Of a stretch of 64,000 nucleotides of DNA, positions 1-8,263 are shown one piece after another. The notes beneath the pieces were generated by a model. That model ran no database searches. It was given only the letters and a program-made list of their open reading frames with translations, and had not been told where the DNA came from. Origin of the DNA: a virus; the IMG/VR virus record IMGVR_UViG_3300021368_000007, positions 6,346-70,345 of that record. The stretch is one strand, 5' to 3'. Position 1 is the stretch's first letter. Every line of letters starts with the position of its first letter. Position numbers and translations under genes: made by a program.

Positions 1-93
1 AATGCGAGTGCTTGAGAATCGTGTCGTGATTGACCCCACATACAATCAATGAGGAATTGAATTTCATCGATTGATAGTTCAACACTCACAGGT

Positions 94-237
94 TCAGAAT
101 TCTTCGAGGAGATCTTGGGGGAGGACTTCATAGATTTCATTTGAGGGCATGTAATACTCTGCCATATGTAGAGTCTTCATACGCTCATCATACTCCAAGA
201 TGTCTTCGTAGTCAACGTTCAGGACAGAGTTGTTCAT
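94..237 (-). CDS. small acidic hypothetical protein (47 aa)
   Basis: Translated by hand: MNNSVLNVDYEDILEYDERMKTLHMAEYYMPSNEIYEVLPQDLLEEF. Its ATG overlaps the methyltransferase stop (ATGA). Confidence 0.5.
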   Translation of the reverse strand: MNNSVLNVDYEDILEYDERMKTLHMAEYYMPSNEIYEVLPQDLLEEF

Positions 238-1127
238 CGTTTGATAATAAGGATTTCGTGTGATTCTTTGGTGTTGTCGGTTTGATTGGCAATACGATTC
301 TCACCGATGCGAGTCTCACCTAGTTGGTAAGAGTAGTGCCACTCAGGATAGTGTAACTCAAAGTCGCTGTACCACTCACGGATTGTTTCACAATTGTTGT
401 AAGAGAGAATGAATGTGCCCTTGTGTGAGTGGAGCAGGTCTCTCAGTTTAGCATGATCGAACCCAGTATGGTGGACATCGATGTTACAGTTTGGATACAT
501 GCCCTTGAGCATCTTGTTATCCTTATCTTTCTTGAGATAATAAGGGGGATCAAGATACAGGCATGAATCACGATCATTGTATGCAGGGATAACGTCTTCA
601 AACGAATCCTCATACACTTTGAGACCAGGATTACGATAGTTTCTGATCTTCTTGATCATGTTGTCCCACTTCTTCTGATCTTGGTAGATCTTACTCATCC
701 ATCCCAGGTACATAGGACCATAGGACAGATTGTGGTTGAAGTAATAGTACGCCGCGGCCGTCAGATTGTCAAGAACGAGAGGATCGCGCTTGTAATAGTC
801 TGTCTGCCAATCTTTGAGCATGTCCTGAGTATAATCCCATTGAACTAGTTGCTCTTTGATCTCAGCATACTTCTCCTTGGTTGGTTCTAACTCTTGGAGT
901 TTATCTGCTAGTGCATCTGGTTGCTCTAGCAGCACGTTCCAGAAGTTTGTGAGAGCATGGAAAATGTCGAAACCAATAACATCGACACCTAATTCTCCTG
1001 CCCAGCGTGACTCTAGTGAACCACCACCAATGAATGGTGACACAATACGATCTGTCTTAGGCAGATGATGTGTGATGATCTTGTATGCTTTACTTTTACC
1101 GCCAGCATAGCGAATAGGTGTCTTCAT
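234..1127 (-). CDS. dam: DNA adenine methyltransferase (Dam/D12 class)
   Basis: Motifs YAGGKS, SPFIGGGS (motif I) and YLDPPY (motif IV). Start moved to MKTPIRY, which overlaps the upstream stop (TAATG). Confidence 0.9.
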   Translation of the reverse strand: MKTPIRYAGGKSKAYKIITHHLPKTDRIVSPFIGGGSLESRWAGELGVDVIGFDIFHALTNFWNVLLEQPDALADKLQELEPTKEKYAEIKEQLVQWDYTQDMLKDWQTDYYKRDPLVLDNLTAAAYYYFNHNLSYGPMYLGWMSKIYQDQKKWDNMIKKIRNYRNPGLKVYEDSFEDVIPAYNDRDSCLYLDPPYYLKKDKDNKMLKGMYPNCNIDVHHTGFDHAKLRDLLHSHKGTFILSYNNCETIREWYSDFELHYPEWHYSYQLGETRIGENRIANQTDNTKESHEILIIKR

Positions 1128-1657
1128 TAGTTCTTGATTAGTTCCAGTCTTCCTTCTTGAATGTATTGAGGCCATGCTTTGTTTGCCTCTTTGAAGTTCC
1201 ACTCGGGGAACTTCTCCTCAATCATAACATAATCATTGAGGCATTTGCGCTCCATCTCCTTGAATGCACTGATCTTTTGGGTTTCTTTATTGAACAGACC
1301 AGTAACCTGTGCCTCCACCTGTTCAGATTGGATCAGATACACTTCAACTTTCTTGCCGAGAGCAAGTTGCTCTTGAATAAGAACATTGATTCCGTAAGTA
1401 CGATCAGATGGACGACCAGAGTTGCCGCTACAATATGAACTCCAGGTGCCACGAATGCCTCCACCTGCTTGACTACCACCGATCTTGTATACAATGTCAT
1501 CAACAGCGATGATATACACACGACCAGCAGGATCTTTGAGCATTGACTTAGGAACACTGCTATCCCACAGCATCTTGAGTGATACTTTAGTGCTAGGATC
1601 AGTGTTGAGTACAACCTCAGCAACCCTGGTAGCAGTGCCGATGTGAGATGCGTTCAT
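1127..1657 (-). CDS. GIY-YIG family endonuclease (Hpy188I / T4 DenA-like)
   Basis: GRVYIIAVDDIVYKIGGS...SY...KVEVY...E...PEWN pattern of GIY-YIG restriction-type nucleases. Start set at MNASHIG, just downstream of a promoter. Confidence 0.7.
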   Translation of the reverse strand: MNASHIGTATRVAEVVLNTDPSTKVSLKMLWDSSVPKSMLKDPAGRVYIIAVDDIVYKIGGSQAGGGIRGTWSSYCSGNSGRPSDRTYGINVLIQEQLALGKKVEVYLIQSEQVEAQVTGLFNKETQKISAFKEMERKCLNDYVMIEEKFPEWNFKEANKAWPQYIQEGRLELIKN

Positions 1658-1678
1658 GATGTGTGTCTCAATACAAGT

Positions 1679-1733
1679 AGTATGGCACAAAAAAGGGGTG
1701 CTGTCAAGCACCCCAACCAGTTCATCAAGTGTC
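1679..1733 (-). promoter_or_regulatory. sigma70-type early promoter overlapping an intrinsic terminator
   Basis: TTGACA-17-CATACT. The -35 box lies in the hairpin GGGGTGCT-TGAC-AGCACCCC-TTTTTT, with CACTT-N4-AACTG upstream. Confidence 0.75.
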
Positions 1734-1883
1734 CCCAAAGATCGGGATGATGTCAGTTTTCACATGTAATGTTCTGTTGATGTGCTGTTCCCACTGACTG
1801 GCGTCGTCTAAATTGTAGAAGATTGCTTCTTGGCGTGTCTTCTTGTTTTTCTTCTGCTTCATGTAGACAACAGCGTATTTCAT
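1725..1883 (-). CDS. small hypothetical protein
   Basis: MKYAVVYMKQKKNKKTRQEAIFYNLDDASQWEQHI... resembles small cyanophage early proteins. Overlaps the next ORF. Confidence 0.5.
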   Translation of the reverse strand: MKYAVVYMKQKKNKKTRQEAIFYNLDDASQWEQHINRTLHVKTDIIPIFGDT

Positions 1884-2055
1884 GTTGATACTCAGGATAG
1901 ACAATGATGTTAGCATAGTGACGACCCCAGCGTGAGTTTGCTGAATCAGGCAGAGGAACGTCCTTAAAGCAAATACTAATGTAGTATTCACTTACAAATG
2001 AAATGTAACCACGAGTGCCGTGGTATTCTACTGGTTGGAGTAATTCAAACGTCAT
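1753..2055 (-). CDS. hypothetical protein
   Basis: ORF starting MTFELLQPVEYHGTRGYISFVSEYYISICF, with protein-like composition. Confidence 0.55.
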   Translation of the reverse strand: MTFELLQPVEYHGTRGYISFVSEYYISICFKDVPLPDSANSRWGRHYANIIVYPEYQHEIRCCLHEAEEKQEDTPRSNLLQFRRRQSVGTAHQQNITCEN

Positions 2056-2218
2056 ACTCTTTGTTTTCCATGTCATCGATCTCACGACGGAGTTCTTTGA
2101 TGTAATCAGACAAGGATTCTACTTTCTTTTCGAGGTGAATGTTGCGATCTTGAAGATCTTTAACAAGATCTTTTACCTCTTCGGTCAGGGCATCAGCTGC
2201 CTCTTGATTGTGTGCCAT
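2045..2218 (-). CDS. small coiled-coil protein (57 aa)
   Basis: Translated by hand: MAHNQEAADALTEEVKDLVKDLQDRNIHLEKKVESLSDYIKELRREIDDMENKEYDV. Fills the gap between neighbouring genes. Confidence 0.6.
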   Translation of the reverse strand: MAHNQEAADALTEEVKDLVKDLQDRNIHLEKKVESLSDYIKELRREIDDMENKEYDV

Positions 2219-2232
2219 AGTAAAACACTGTG

Positions 2233-2484
2233 TTAGAATGCTGCTTTATCTAGTTGATTAAGAGTTTCAACTGCTTCGTCGGCGTTAGTTTGTAATGCTT
2301 GTTGTGTGAGATCGATGACAGGAGCGCCACCATTCCCAAAACCATCACCTCTAGTCATGTCATGTTTGATCTTATAAAGATCACGCAAACGACGCTTGAG
2401 TCGTCTCAACTCTTCATCATTATACAGGTAATCCTGCTTGAGAGCTTCTTTTACGTATTTAATTTCTTTTTGAGGTGACCACAT
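2233..2484 (-). CDS. cyanophage-type hypothetical protein
   Basis: MWSPQKEIKYVKEALKQDYLYNDEEL...GFG. Starts 1 nt after the upstream stop. Confidence 0.65.
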   Translation of the reverse strand: MWSPQKEIKYVKEALKQDYLYNDEELRRLKRRLRDLYKIKHDMTRGDGFGNGGAPVIDLTQQALQTNADEAVETLNQLDKAAF

Positions 2485-2485
2485 T

Positions 2486-2806
2486 TTAGTAACGTTCAGG
2501 GAGATCATTGTACTTGGTTTCACATGCTTTCTTCTCAACCAAAAACTCTTGACGACCAAGATCAGGGTTGATATCATTGATACATTGTTGCATGTCCATT
2601 TTATCAATGAGACGATGACCTTGCATCAATGACTTGAGATCTTGTGCTTTCTCCATGTGACTTTTGTGGTAGTCAATCCACTCATCAATGACAGATAGCA
2701 TCTCTTCGTAACAACGACGAGCATCTATTTCCTCATCATTGAGATAATCGGCAATTGCATCGTCCATTCGGAGTCTGCGTTGTTCTGAATAAGATGGTAG
2801 TTCCAT
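2486..2806 (-). CDS. hypothetical protein
   Basis: 106-aa helical ORF directly downstream of a promoter. Confidence 0.65.
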   Translation of the reverse strand: MELPSYSEQRRLRMDDAIADYLNDEEIDARRCYEEMLSVIDEWIDYHKSHMEKAQDLKSLMQGHRLIDKMDMQQCINDINPDLGRQEFLVEKKACETKYNDLPERY

Positions 2807-2850
2807 AGGAGTGCGTGAGAGGGGTCTAGAAGGCGCTGCAACCGCCCTCT

Positions 2851-2879
2851 AGTATATATTAGGTGGTCTGGGTTGTCAA
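2851..2879 (-). promoter_or_regulatory. sigma70-type promoter
   Basis: TTGACA-17-TATACT. The -35 box overlaps the helicase stop codon. Confidence 0.75.
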
Positions 2880-4117
2880 GCAACCACAGAGGTGGCAGGG
2901 AGACCTTCTACGAAGATGGTGTCCACGATGCGCTGGAGACGCTTGATAGTCTGAGCACCATAGTTCTTGAACACAGGTACTGTAACATAACCAGTGGACT
3001 TGCGGTAGAGTCCAACAGCACCCGCAGGAATCTTACCAGCAGCAATGTCAGCAGCATCATCGCGATGCATACGAATCACGCGACCGATAGTCTGTGCCAT
3101 CTCGATGATGTCAAGATTGCGGAGCATGATAGTATGGGTTAGACCATGCACGTTGATACCTTCAGACAGAATGCTGTAGTGGAAGATGATGAACTTCTTA
3201 GAAGGATCTTTACCATAAGCATCGAAGGTGTTGAAGAACTGCTCACGATTGACCTTCTGGTCATTCACATAAGCACCATACTTGCTGGTGATGTGGAGCA
3301 CTTCATAACCACGCTGCTTCAGGTCATGCAGGATACTGGTCTTGAACAGCATAGCACCCATGATCTTGCTAGCAGGAGACGCCACAAGGACCTTGGATGC
3401 CTTGTCAGCAGGCAGAGAGTCTACGATGTCCAGCAGCATGACACGATCGTTCACGGCAGCAGCAGCACCCTTCTCACGCACAAGGTCACGCTCGTAAGGT
3501 TGGATGGTGACGGGCAAGATGCTACCACCAGCGATCAATTCAGGTGCTGGCACATTGCAGAGCACAGAACCATAGATCTCGCTATTGTTCATGCCACGAT
3601 TGGTCTTGCGAGTGTGCTTAGGTGTGGCAGTGAAGAAATAAGATGCCTTGCTGCTCAGACTGGCAGCAGCGACACCAACAAAATGATGACGCTGCACAGC
3701 ATTATGCGCTTCATCAAAATAACAGCAATCGAGGTCGATACCAGCATCGATGATACGAGGCAGGGAATGATAAGTGGTGAAGATGATCACATGCTCACGA
3801 ACATGATGACACATGCGGACGAACAGATTGATACGATCAGACTTAGTAGTGCTGAAGTGTGTTGTCTCGCCGCTGTGAACATGCAGGACGTTAGCATTAG
3901 TGATATGCTCAAGGTATTCCGCACTGAGTTGCGTGGCAAGCATGATGCGAGGCGCAACAACAACGATTGTTTGCGGAGACTCTGCGGATTCGAGTCGCCG
4001 CACGGCATCCTTGATAGCAACCAGCGTCTTGCCACCACCAGTGGGCACCAGGATCTGACCCTTGTCAGCAGTCAGCATAGCATCGAGAGCACGCTGCTGG
4101 TGGGGACGGAGTTGCAT
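2876..4117 (-). CDS. SF2 DEAD/DEAH-box helicase (ResIII-like)
   Basis: Q motif LRPHQ, Walker A PTGGGKT, FDEAH, TATP, motif VI QTIGRVIR. Confidence 0.9.
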   Translation of the reverse strand: MQLRPHQQRALDAMLTADKGQILVPTGGGKTLVAIKDAVRRLESAESPQTIVVVAPRIMLATQLSAEYLEHITNANVLHVHSGETTHFSTTKSDRINLFVRMCHHVREHVIIFTTYHSLPRIIDAGIDLDCCYFDEAHNAVQRHHFVGVAAASLSSKASYFFTATPKHTRKTNRGMNNSEIYGSVLCNVPAPELIAGGSILPVTIQPYERDLVREKGAAAAVNDRVMLLDIVDSLPADKASKVLVASPASKIMGAMLFKTSILHDLKQRGYEVLHITSKYGAYVNDQKVNREQFFNTFDAYGKDPSKKFIIFHYSILSEGINVHGLTHTIMLRNLDIIEMAQTIGRVIRMHRDDAADIAAGKIPAGAVGLYRKSTGYVTVPVFKNYGAQTIKRLQRIVDTIFVEGLPATSVVA

Positions 4118-4145
4118 GATGTAGGTCTGTCGCGTTGATGCACAT

Positions 4146-4200
4146 AGTATAAGGCATCAGACCGCGCTGGTCAAGGGAGTGTGTCAGTTCTCAGACTGGT
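4146..4200 (-). promoter_or_regulatory. early promoter with upstream inverted repeat
   Basis: TTGACC-17-TATACT, preceded by CCAGTC-N4-AACTGACACA. Confidence 0.7.
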
Positions 4201-5084
4201 CAGGGGCGACTGACTTTGAAGTCTTTAACTTCTCGCTTGTACACTAGTACATCACGAAGAGTTTTGTCTCCATTGAATTCAAACTCGAAGTCAATCTCTT
4301 GATCCTCATGATCAATGAGTGAGCGAATCCACGTAGCATCATCCTCACTAATCATCTTCCATTTATCTTTGACTACATCAATGTAAATGTTTCTTCTTTC
4401 TGTTATAGTTTTTTCCTTCTTCTTCCAATTCATACCAGTAAGTTTCTTGGTATCGATGGTGGTAAGACCAGGAAAACTATAGTAACGAACATCATATTTG
4501 TGAAGGACTCTTAATGATACACCAGTGTCACCTTTTGTGTGCTTAACAAATACCTCATTGTGTGACCAGAATTTCTTAAACTCATTAATAAATTGTCCAA
4601 ATGGTGTATCATCCCACTTAGGATCATGTGGTCTTGGAGTAGTAACCAATCCAGTGGTCATTCCATCACTATCAATAATAACAGAGAAAATCTTTGCAGA
4701 TGCTGGTCTATCTTGATCGTGCCAATCAACAAACTTCTCTTTAATGTCATCAATAATATCAAGCGTACTAACAGCTTTTAGCATCTCTGCAGGTTCTTTC
4801 AATGCTGCCAGTTCAATGTCACTTGTTACTTCAATCGATTCGATACTATCATTATAGCAGATGCCAACACTTCTCTCCAGAGATAGAGAGCATTCAACAT
4901 AAGGACTAGCATAATCGTACTCTAAAATATCCTTCACCTTCTGCTTTGCTGCAGCAGTAAAGATGTCAGGATATTCATCCGATGTTGCACATGTACAATT
5001 TGCCCACATAGAAGAATGTGTATGCATCAGTGATCGTGTGCTCAGACGATATACTTTAGAGACATTGAATTCTTCTGTGAACAT
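4200..5084 (-). CDS. hypothetical protein
   Basis: 294-aa ORF with TAATG coupling to the upstream gene. No motif recognised. Confidence 0.7.
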   Translation of the reverse strand: MFTEEFNVSKVYRLSTRSLMHTHSSMWANCTCATSDEYPDIFTAAAKQKVKDILEYDYASPYVECSLSLERSVGICYNDSIESIEVTSDIELAALKEPAEMLKAVSTLDIIDDIKEKFVDWHDQDRPASAKIFSVIIDSDGMTTGLVTTPRPHDPKWDDTPFGQFINEFKKFWSHNEVFVKHTKGDTGVSLRVLHKYDVRYYSFPGLTTIDTKKLTGMNWKKKEKTITERRNIYIDVVKDKWKMISEDDATWIRSLIDHEDQEIDFEFEFNGDKTLRDVLVYKREVKDFKVSRP

Positions 5085-5437
5085 TAGTTGTTATCCGAAA
5101 GTAGTTGTCCATTGGGACCATAGATTGCATAGAAGATATAATCTTCTGGTCTTGCACATGCTGCTTGTGATTCTGGAAATACATCTTCACAGAAATCAAA
5201 TGCTTCCTCTGTATTGTCACAAGCAATGAAAACATACTCAGACTGATTTAGGTCAGTCCAGATATCTAGAGAAATGCGAGTCTTGTACAACTCACGAGAT
5301 GCATTGATAGCATCAACATCAGTGCTATTGTTCCAACCAGTGGAACGCAGGAAAATAATAGTTTTCTCCTGTCTCTTTGCGGACTCACCAATAAAGTCCT
5401 GCAAGTAATTAATAGTGTAGTTTGCGTGTAGCTCCAT
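5084..5437 (-). CDS. hypothetical protein
   Basis: 117-aa ORF within the operon. Confidence 0.7.
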   Translation of the reverse strand: MELHANYTINYLQDFIGESAKRQEKTIIFLRSTGWNNSTDVDAINASRELYKTRISLDIWTDLNQSEYVFIACDNTEEAFDFCEDVFPESQAACARPEDYIFYAIYGPNGQLLSDNN

Positions 5438-5924
5438 TTAACTTCCAGGCAATTGTAACTCTTAGTGAATTATATATTCTAGAGACTTCTTCTGCATGAT
5501 GTGTTCTCATAGCAGGAAAGAATACACCTCTATTTGGTTTTGGTTCAACATATGACCAAGTGTCATCATCATTTAGAAAAGCAGTTTTGCCTCCCCATAG
5601 ACTATTCCACTCATCATTAGCATAAAGCAAAAATGTTCTGCAATCATCATAATGTCCATCTACATGAGGCATTGCCTTATCACCAAACACATGTCCATTT
5701 GCATAGACACGTTCTAGTTGTAGATCAGGTTCATTGACTGCATCCCTAATGATATTTAGTAAATAATCAGAAAAGAACTCATCATCAGACAATTCCATCA
5801 TCCAAAATGGCAATACATTCTTTCCTTGATTAGATCCATGACCATATTGCCACTTTGGTTGAGAAACTCTGTGTAGTATTTCACCGAAGTCTATGCCAGT
5901 GAAAATGTCATCATAGATTTCCAT
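5409..5924 (-). CDS. 2OG-Fe(II) oxygenase (prolyl-4-hydroxylase-like)
   Basis: HVD...WGGKT...PKPNRGVFFP...HHA...R. Confidence 0.85.
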   Translation of the reverse strand: MEIYDDIFTGIDFGEILHRVSQPKWQYGHGSNQGKNVLPFWMMELSDDEFFSDYLLNIIRDAVNEPDLQLERVYANGHVFGDKAMPHVDGHYDDCRTFLLYANDEWNSLWGGKTAFLNDDDTWSYVEPKPNRGVFFPAMRTHHAEEVSRIYNSLRVTIAWKLNGATRKLHY

Positions 5925-6594
5925 ACTCTCTTATAAAATTAGCTCTAATTTGTTCGAGTGGTAGAATTGCTGGTGATGCCTTATCTCTTCCACCAGGATA
6001 TGTTAATGCTGCATTTCTAATTGCCTTAGACATATCAAGCAATTGATATCTCATGAATGAATCATCAATTATACTTGTGCCCCACAAAATAGCAACTCTT
6101 CTTCTACCAGATGTCACAGGAAGAACTTGATGTCTCAATCCTGTTGGATAAATTAGACATGTTCCTGCTGCTGGTTTATATCCATACTCTTGATCACCAA
6201 GAGTAATTGCTAGTTGTCCTCCCTCATACTCATCAGGTTCACTGAGAAAAATACTCATACTATGATGTGTCAGGAGACCACCAATAGACACATCATCAAT
6301 ATGTGTTTTATAAAATCCTCCCTCACGATACTCAGAAAAAATAGGAGGAGTCATCTCTTTCAAGAGATACACCTGATTAAAATCTTCTGATTTTCGCAGT
6401 CCTTGTTGAACTAATTCAATACTCTTACGATATTGCGATGAAGTGTTCTCCATCGCATAACTATCCTTAGTGCTGGTGTCTACATCATTTTTGCCAGCAT
6501 ATTGCACTTTTCCTGGTTTTAATGTAGCAGTATCAAAGTAATGATTTATTTTGTTTACCTGTTCTTTGGTAAGCACTTCACTTTCATAGATCAT
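5911..6594 (-). CDS. PKHD-type Fe(II)/2OG hydroxylase
   Basis: YKTHIDD...SIFLSEPDEYEGGQL...YPTGLRHQVLPVTSGRR. Confidence 0.9.
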   Translation of the reverse strand: MIYESEVLTKEQVNKINHYFDTATLKPGKVQYAGKNDVDTSTKDSYAMENTSSQYRKSIELVQQGLRKSEDFNQVYLLKEMTPPIFSEYREGGFYKTHIDDVSIGGLLTHHSMSIFLSEPDEYEGGQLAITLGDQEYGYKPAAGTCLIYPTGLRHQVLPVTSGRRRVAILWGTSIIDDSFMRYQLLDMSKAIRNAALTYPGGRDKASPAILPLEQIRANFIREYGNL

Positions 6595-6595
6595 A

Positions 6596-7531
6596 TCAGG
6601 TGTCCTCTTCTTCTTCGTCCTCTACTTTAAACATTTCAATATCAAAATCTGGGAAGATATCTTCAATCCTCATATCTTTAATAATCTGTCTAACGTCTTT
6701 TCTGACAGCTCTTGGTGAAACAACACGTTGTCTAGCATAGATCAGTTTGTTGATCATTCTGCTATTGAGGAAGTCAGATGATGCGTCATCATCATAAGTA
6801 GTCCATTGATCAGCATCATCGGGATCCATGAATGCAGGTGGATTCTCTACATCTTCATATAGTTTTCTATAGTTCTTAGGATCGATTGGGAATGTATTCT
6901 CGTAAATAGTTTTCATAAAGTCCAGAGGAGTATCAAATACATCTGGATTAGGAATATCAATTGATCTGATTTTTGCTCTCCATGCAATCCATTGATCCTT
7001 TTCTCCCTCATAGCTGTCACTTACATCAGGAAGAACTCGCCAGTCACATGCACTAAGCATTCTTCTCTTTTCAGCAATTCTTTTCAACCACTTTGCCTCA
7101 AAGAATGAGTGTTGTTCTTCGAGAGTGTCAAGTTTCTTCTTAGTAAGAGTTGCCTTTTGAACAGTTTCAATCGCAAAAATAGCACAGGCTACGTCATATA
7201 CTACCTTAGCTTGTTCTGCTGTGCCACCTTTAAATGTATAATCATTCCAATAAAGAGATTCAGAAGCAAAATCATACTTCTGTCTCTTTCTCTGTGCATA
7301 CCAAGTTCCATCACTAAAGTAACAGAACAACTCTAGTTGATCTTCTTCAGTATGCCAGAATGCATCAATAGTTTCATAGAACTTCGCTTTCAACTCGTCG
7401 CTGAAACTAATTTTTGCCAGCGATTCCTTTGCCTCAAGACTTGCTTGATTAGCAGGTGCCATGAGTCCATTATTGTTAACCAGATCTATTTGCAAGATCG
7501 GTTTACGTGTTGGTGGTGGAGTTGTTGTCAT
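6596..7531 (-). CDS. tail-fibre assembly chaperone-like protein
   Basis: RRMLSACDWRVLPDV...WIAWRAKIRSI resembles phage tail assembly chaperone domains. Lies downstream of the fibre genes. Confidence 0.6.
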   Translation of the reverse strand: MTTTPPPTRKPILQIDLVNNNGLMAPANQASLEAKESLAKISFSDELKAKFYETIDAFWHTEEDQLELFCYFSDGTWYAQRKRQKYDFASESLYWNDYTFKGGTAEQAKVVYDVACAIFAIETVQKATLTKKKLDTLEEQHSFFEAKWLKRIAEKRRMLSACDWRVLPDVSDSYEGEKDQWIAWRAKIRSIDIPNPDVFDTPLDFMKTIYENTFPIDPKNYRKLYEDVENPPAFMDPDDADQWTTYDDDASSDFLNSRMINKLIYARQRVVSPRAVRKDVRQIIKDMRIEDIFPDFDIEMFKVEDEEEEDT

Positions 7532-8253
7532 AATAGGTGCGTCTTAACATACCATCCCGTCAAAATATATTTATGACCATTAAGAAGGGTATTTCCTTTG
7601 TGTACATGTGTCATCCCTGCAGGGAAGAAAACTACAGTACCAGCAGTCGGATTGATTCTTCTACGCTGATACATAAACTCAGTTTCACCACCATCTTCGG
7701 GTGGAATATCATTAAGATAGATCATCCAAGTAACTTCTCTCTGTGAATGTGATGCAGCAGAGTTTTCATAGTGCCACTGATGATATCCACCCATAGGTCC
7801 TGTCTTCTGCATTTTAACATCAGAAGACATCATAGGTACATTTTTGAGTTGTCCAAACTCAGTGACATAATGCAAAAGGCAGGACTTCAGAAATTGATTT
7901 ACTTGATAAGTCAATCCATCATTGCAATAGTTGGTCAGAACAGACTGGTCTCTTCTATTCAGGTTGTTTTTATATTGAATATGACCTTCTGATTTGTATT
8001 GTTCAAATCCCGTCATATTTGTGGGACCAAACTCATCTTCAATTTTAGAAAAATCTTCTGCGTGATCATCAGGAGCAAACTCACCACCCTGATCATATAG
8101 ATGGTCAAACCATCGCATAGCATTTTCACAGAAATGCCTTGGGACGAAATCTTGCCAAACACCAATAAAGTCTGTACATTCAAACTTTGTGACCTTTGGA
8201 TCTCTCATCAATTCAAGGGGACGCCACTCTTGGACTTTTTTTGATGTAGACAT
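7528..8253 (-). CDS. 2OG-Fe(II) oxygenase
   Basis: GGYHQWHYE...WMIYLND...GGETEF...FFPAGMTHVHKG...KYILTGW. Confidence 0.9.
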   Translation of the reverse strand: MSTSKKVQEWRPLELMRDPKVTKFECTDFIGVWQDFVPRHFCENAMRWFDHLYDQGGEFAPDDHAEDFSKIEDEFGPTNMTGFEQYKSEGHIQYKNNLNRRDQSVLTNYCNDGLTYQVNQFLKSCLLHYVTEFGQLKNVPMMSSDVKMQKTGPMGGYHQWHYENSAASHSQREVTWMIYLNDIPPEDGGETEFMYQRRRINPTAGTVVFFPAGMTHVHKGNTLLNGHKYILTGWYVKTHLL

Positions 8254-8263
8254 GCTTTAAAAC

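Noticed and set aside
1-131. Possible partial minus-strand ORF (MKSSPKISSKNSEPVSVELSIDEIQFLIDCMW...)
   Set aside because: Truncated by the window edge, and the frame and start cannot be established.
3146-4138. 330-aa plus-strand ORF antisense to the helicase
   Set aside because: Shadow ORF produced by the codon bias of the real gene. No motifs, RBS or promoter seen.
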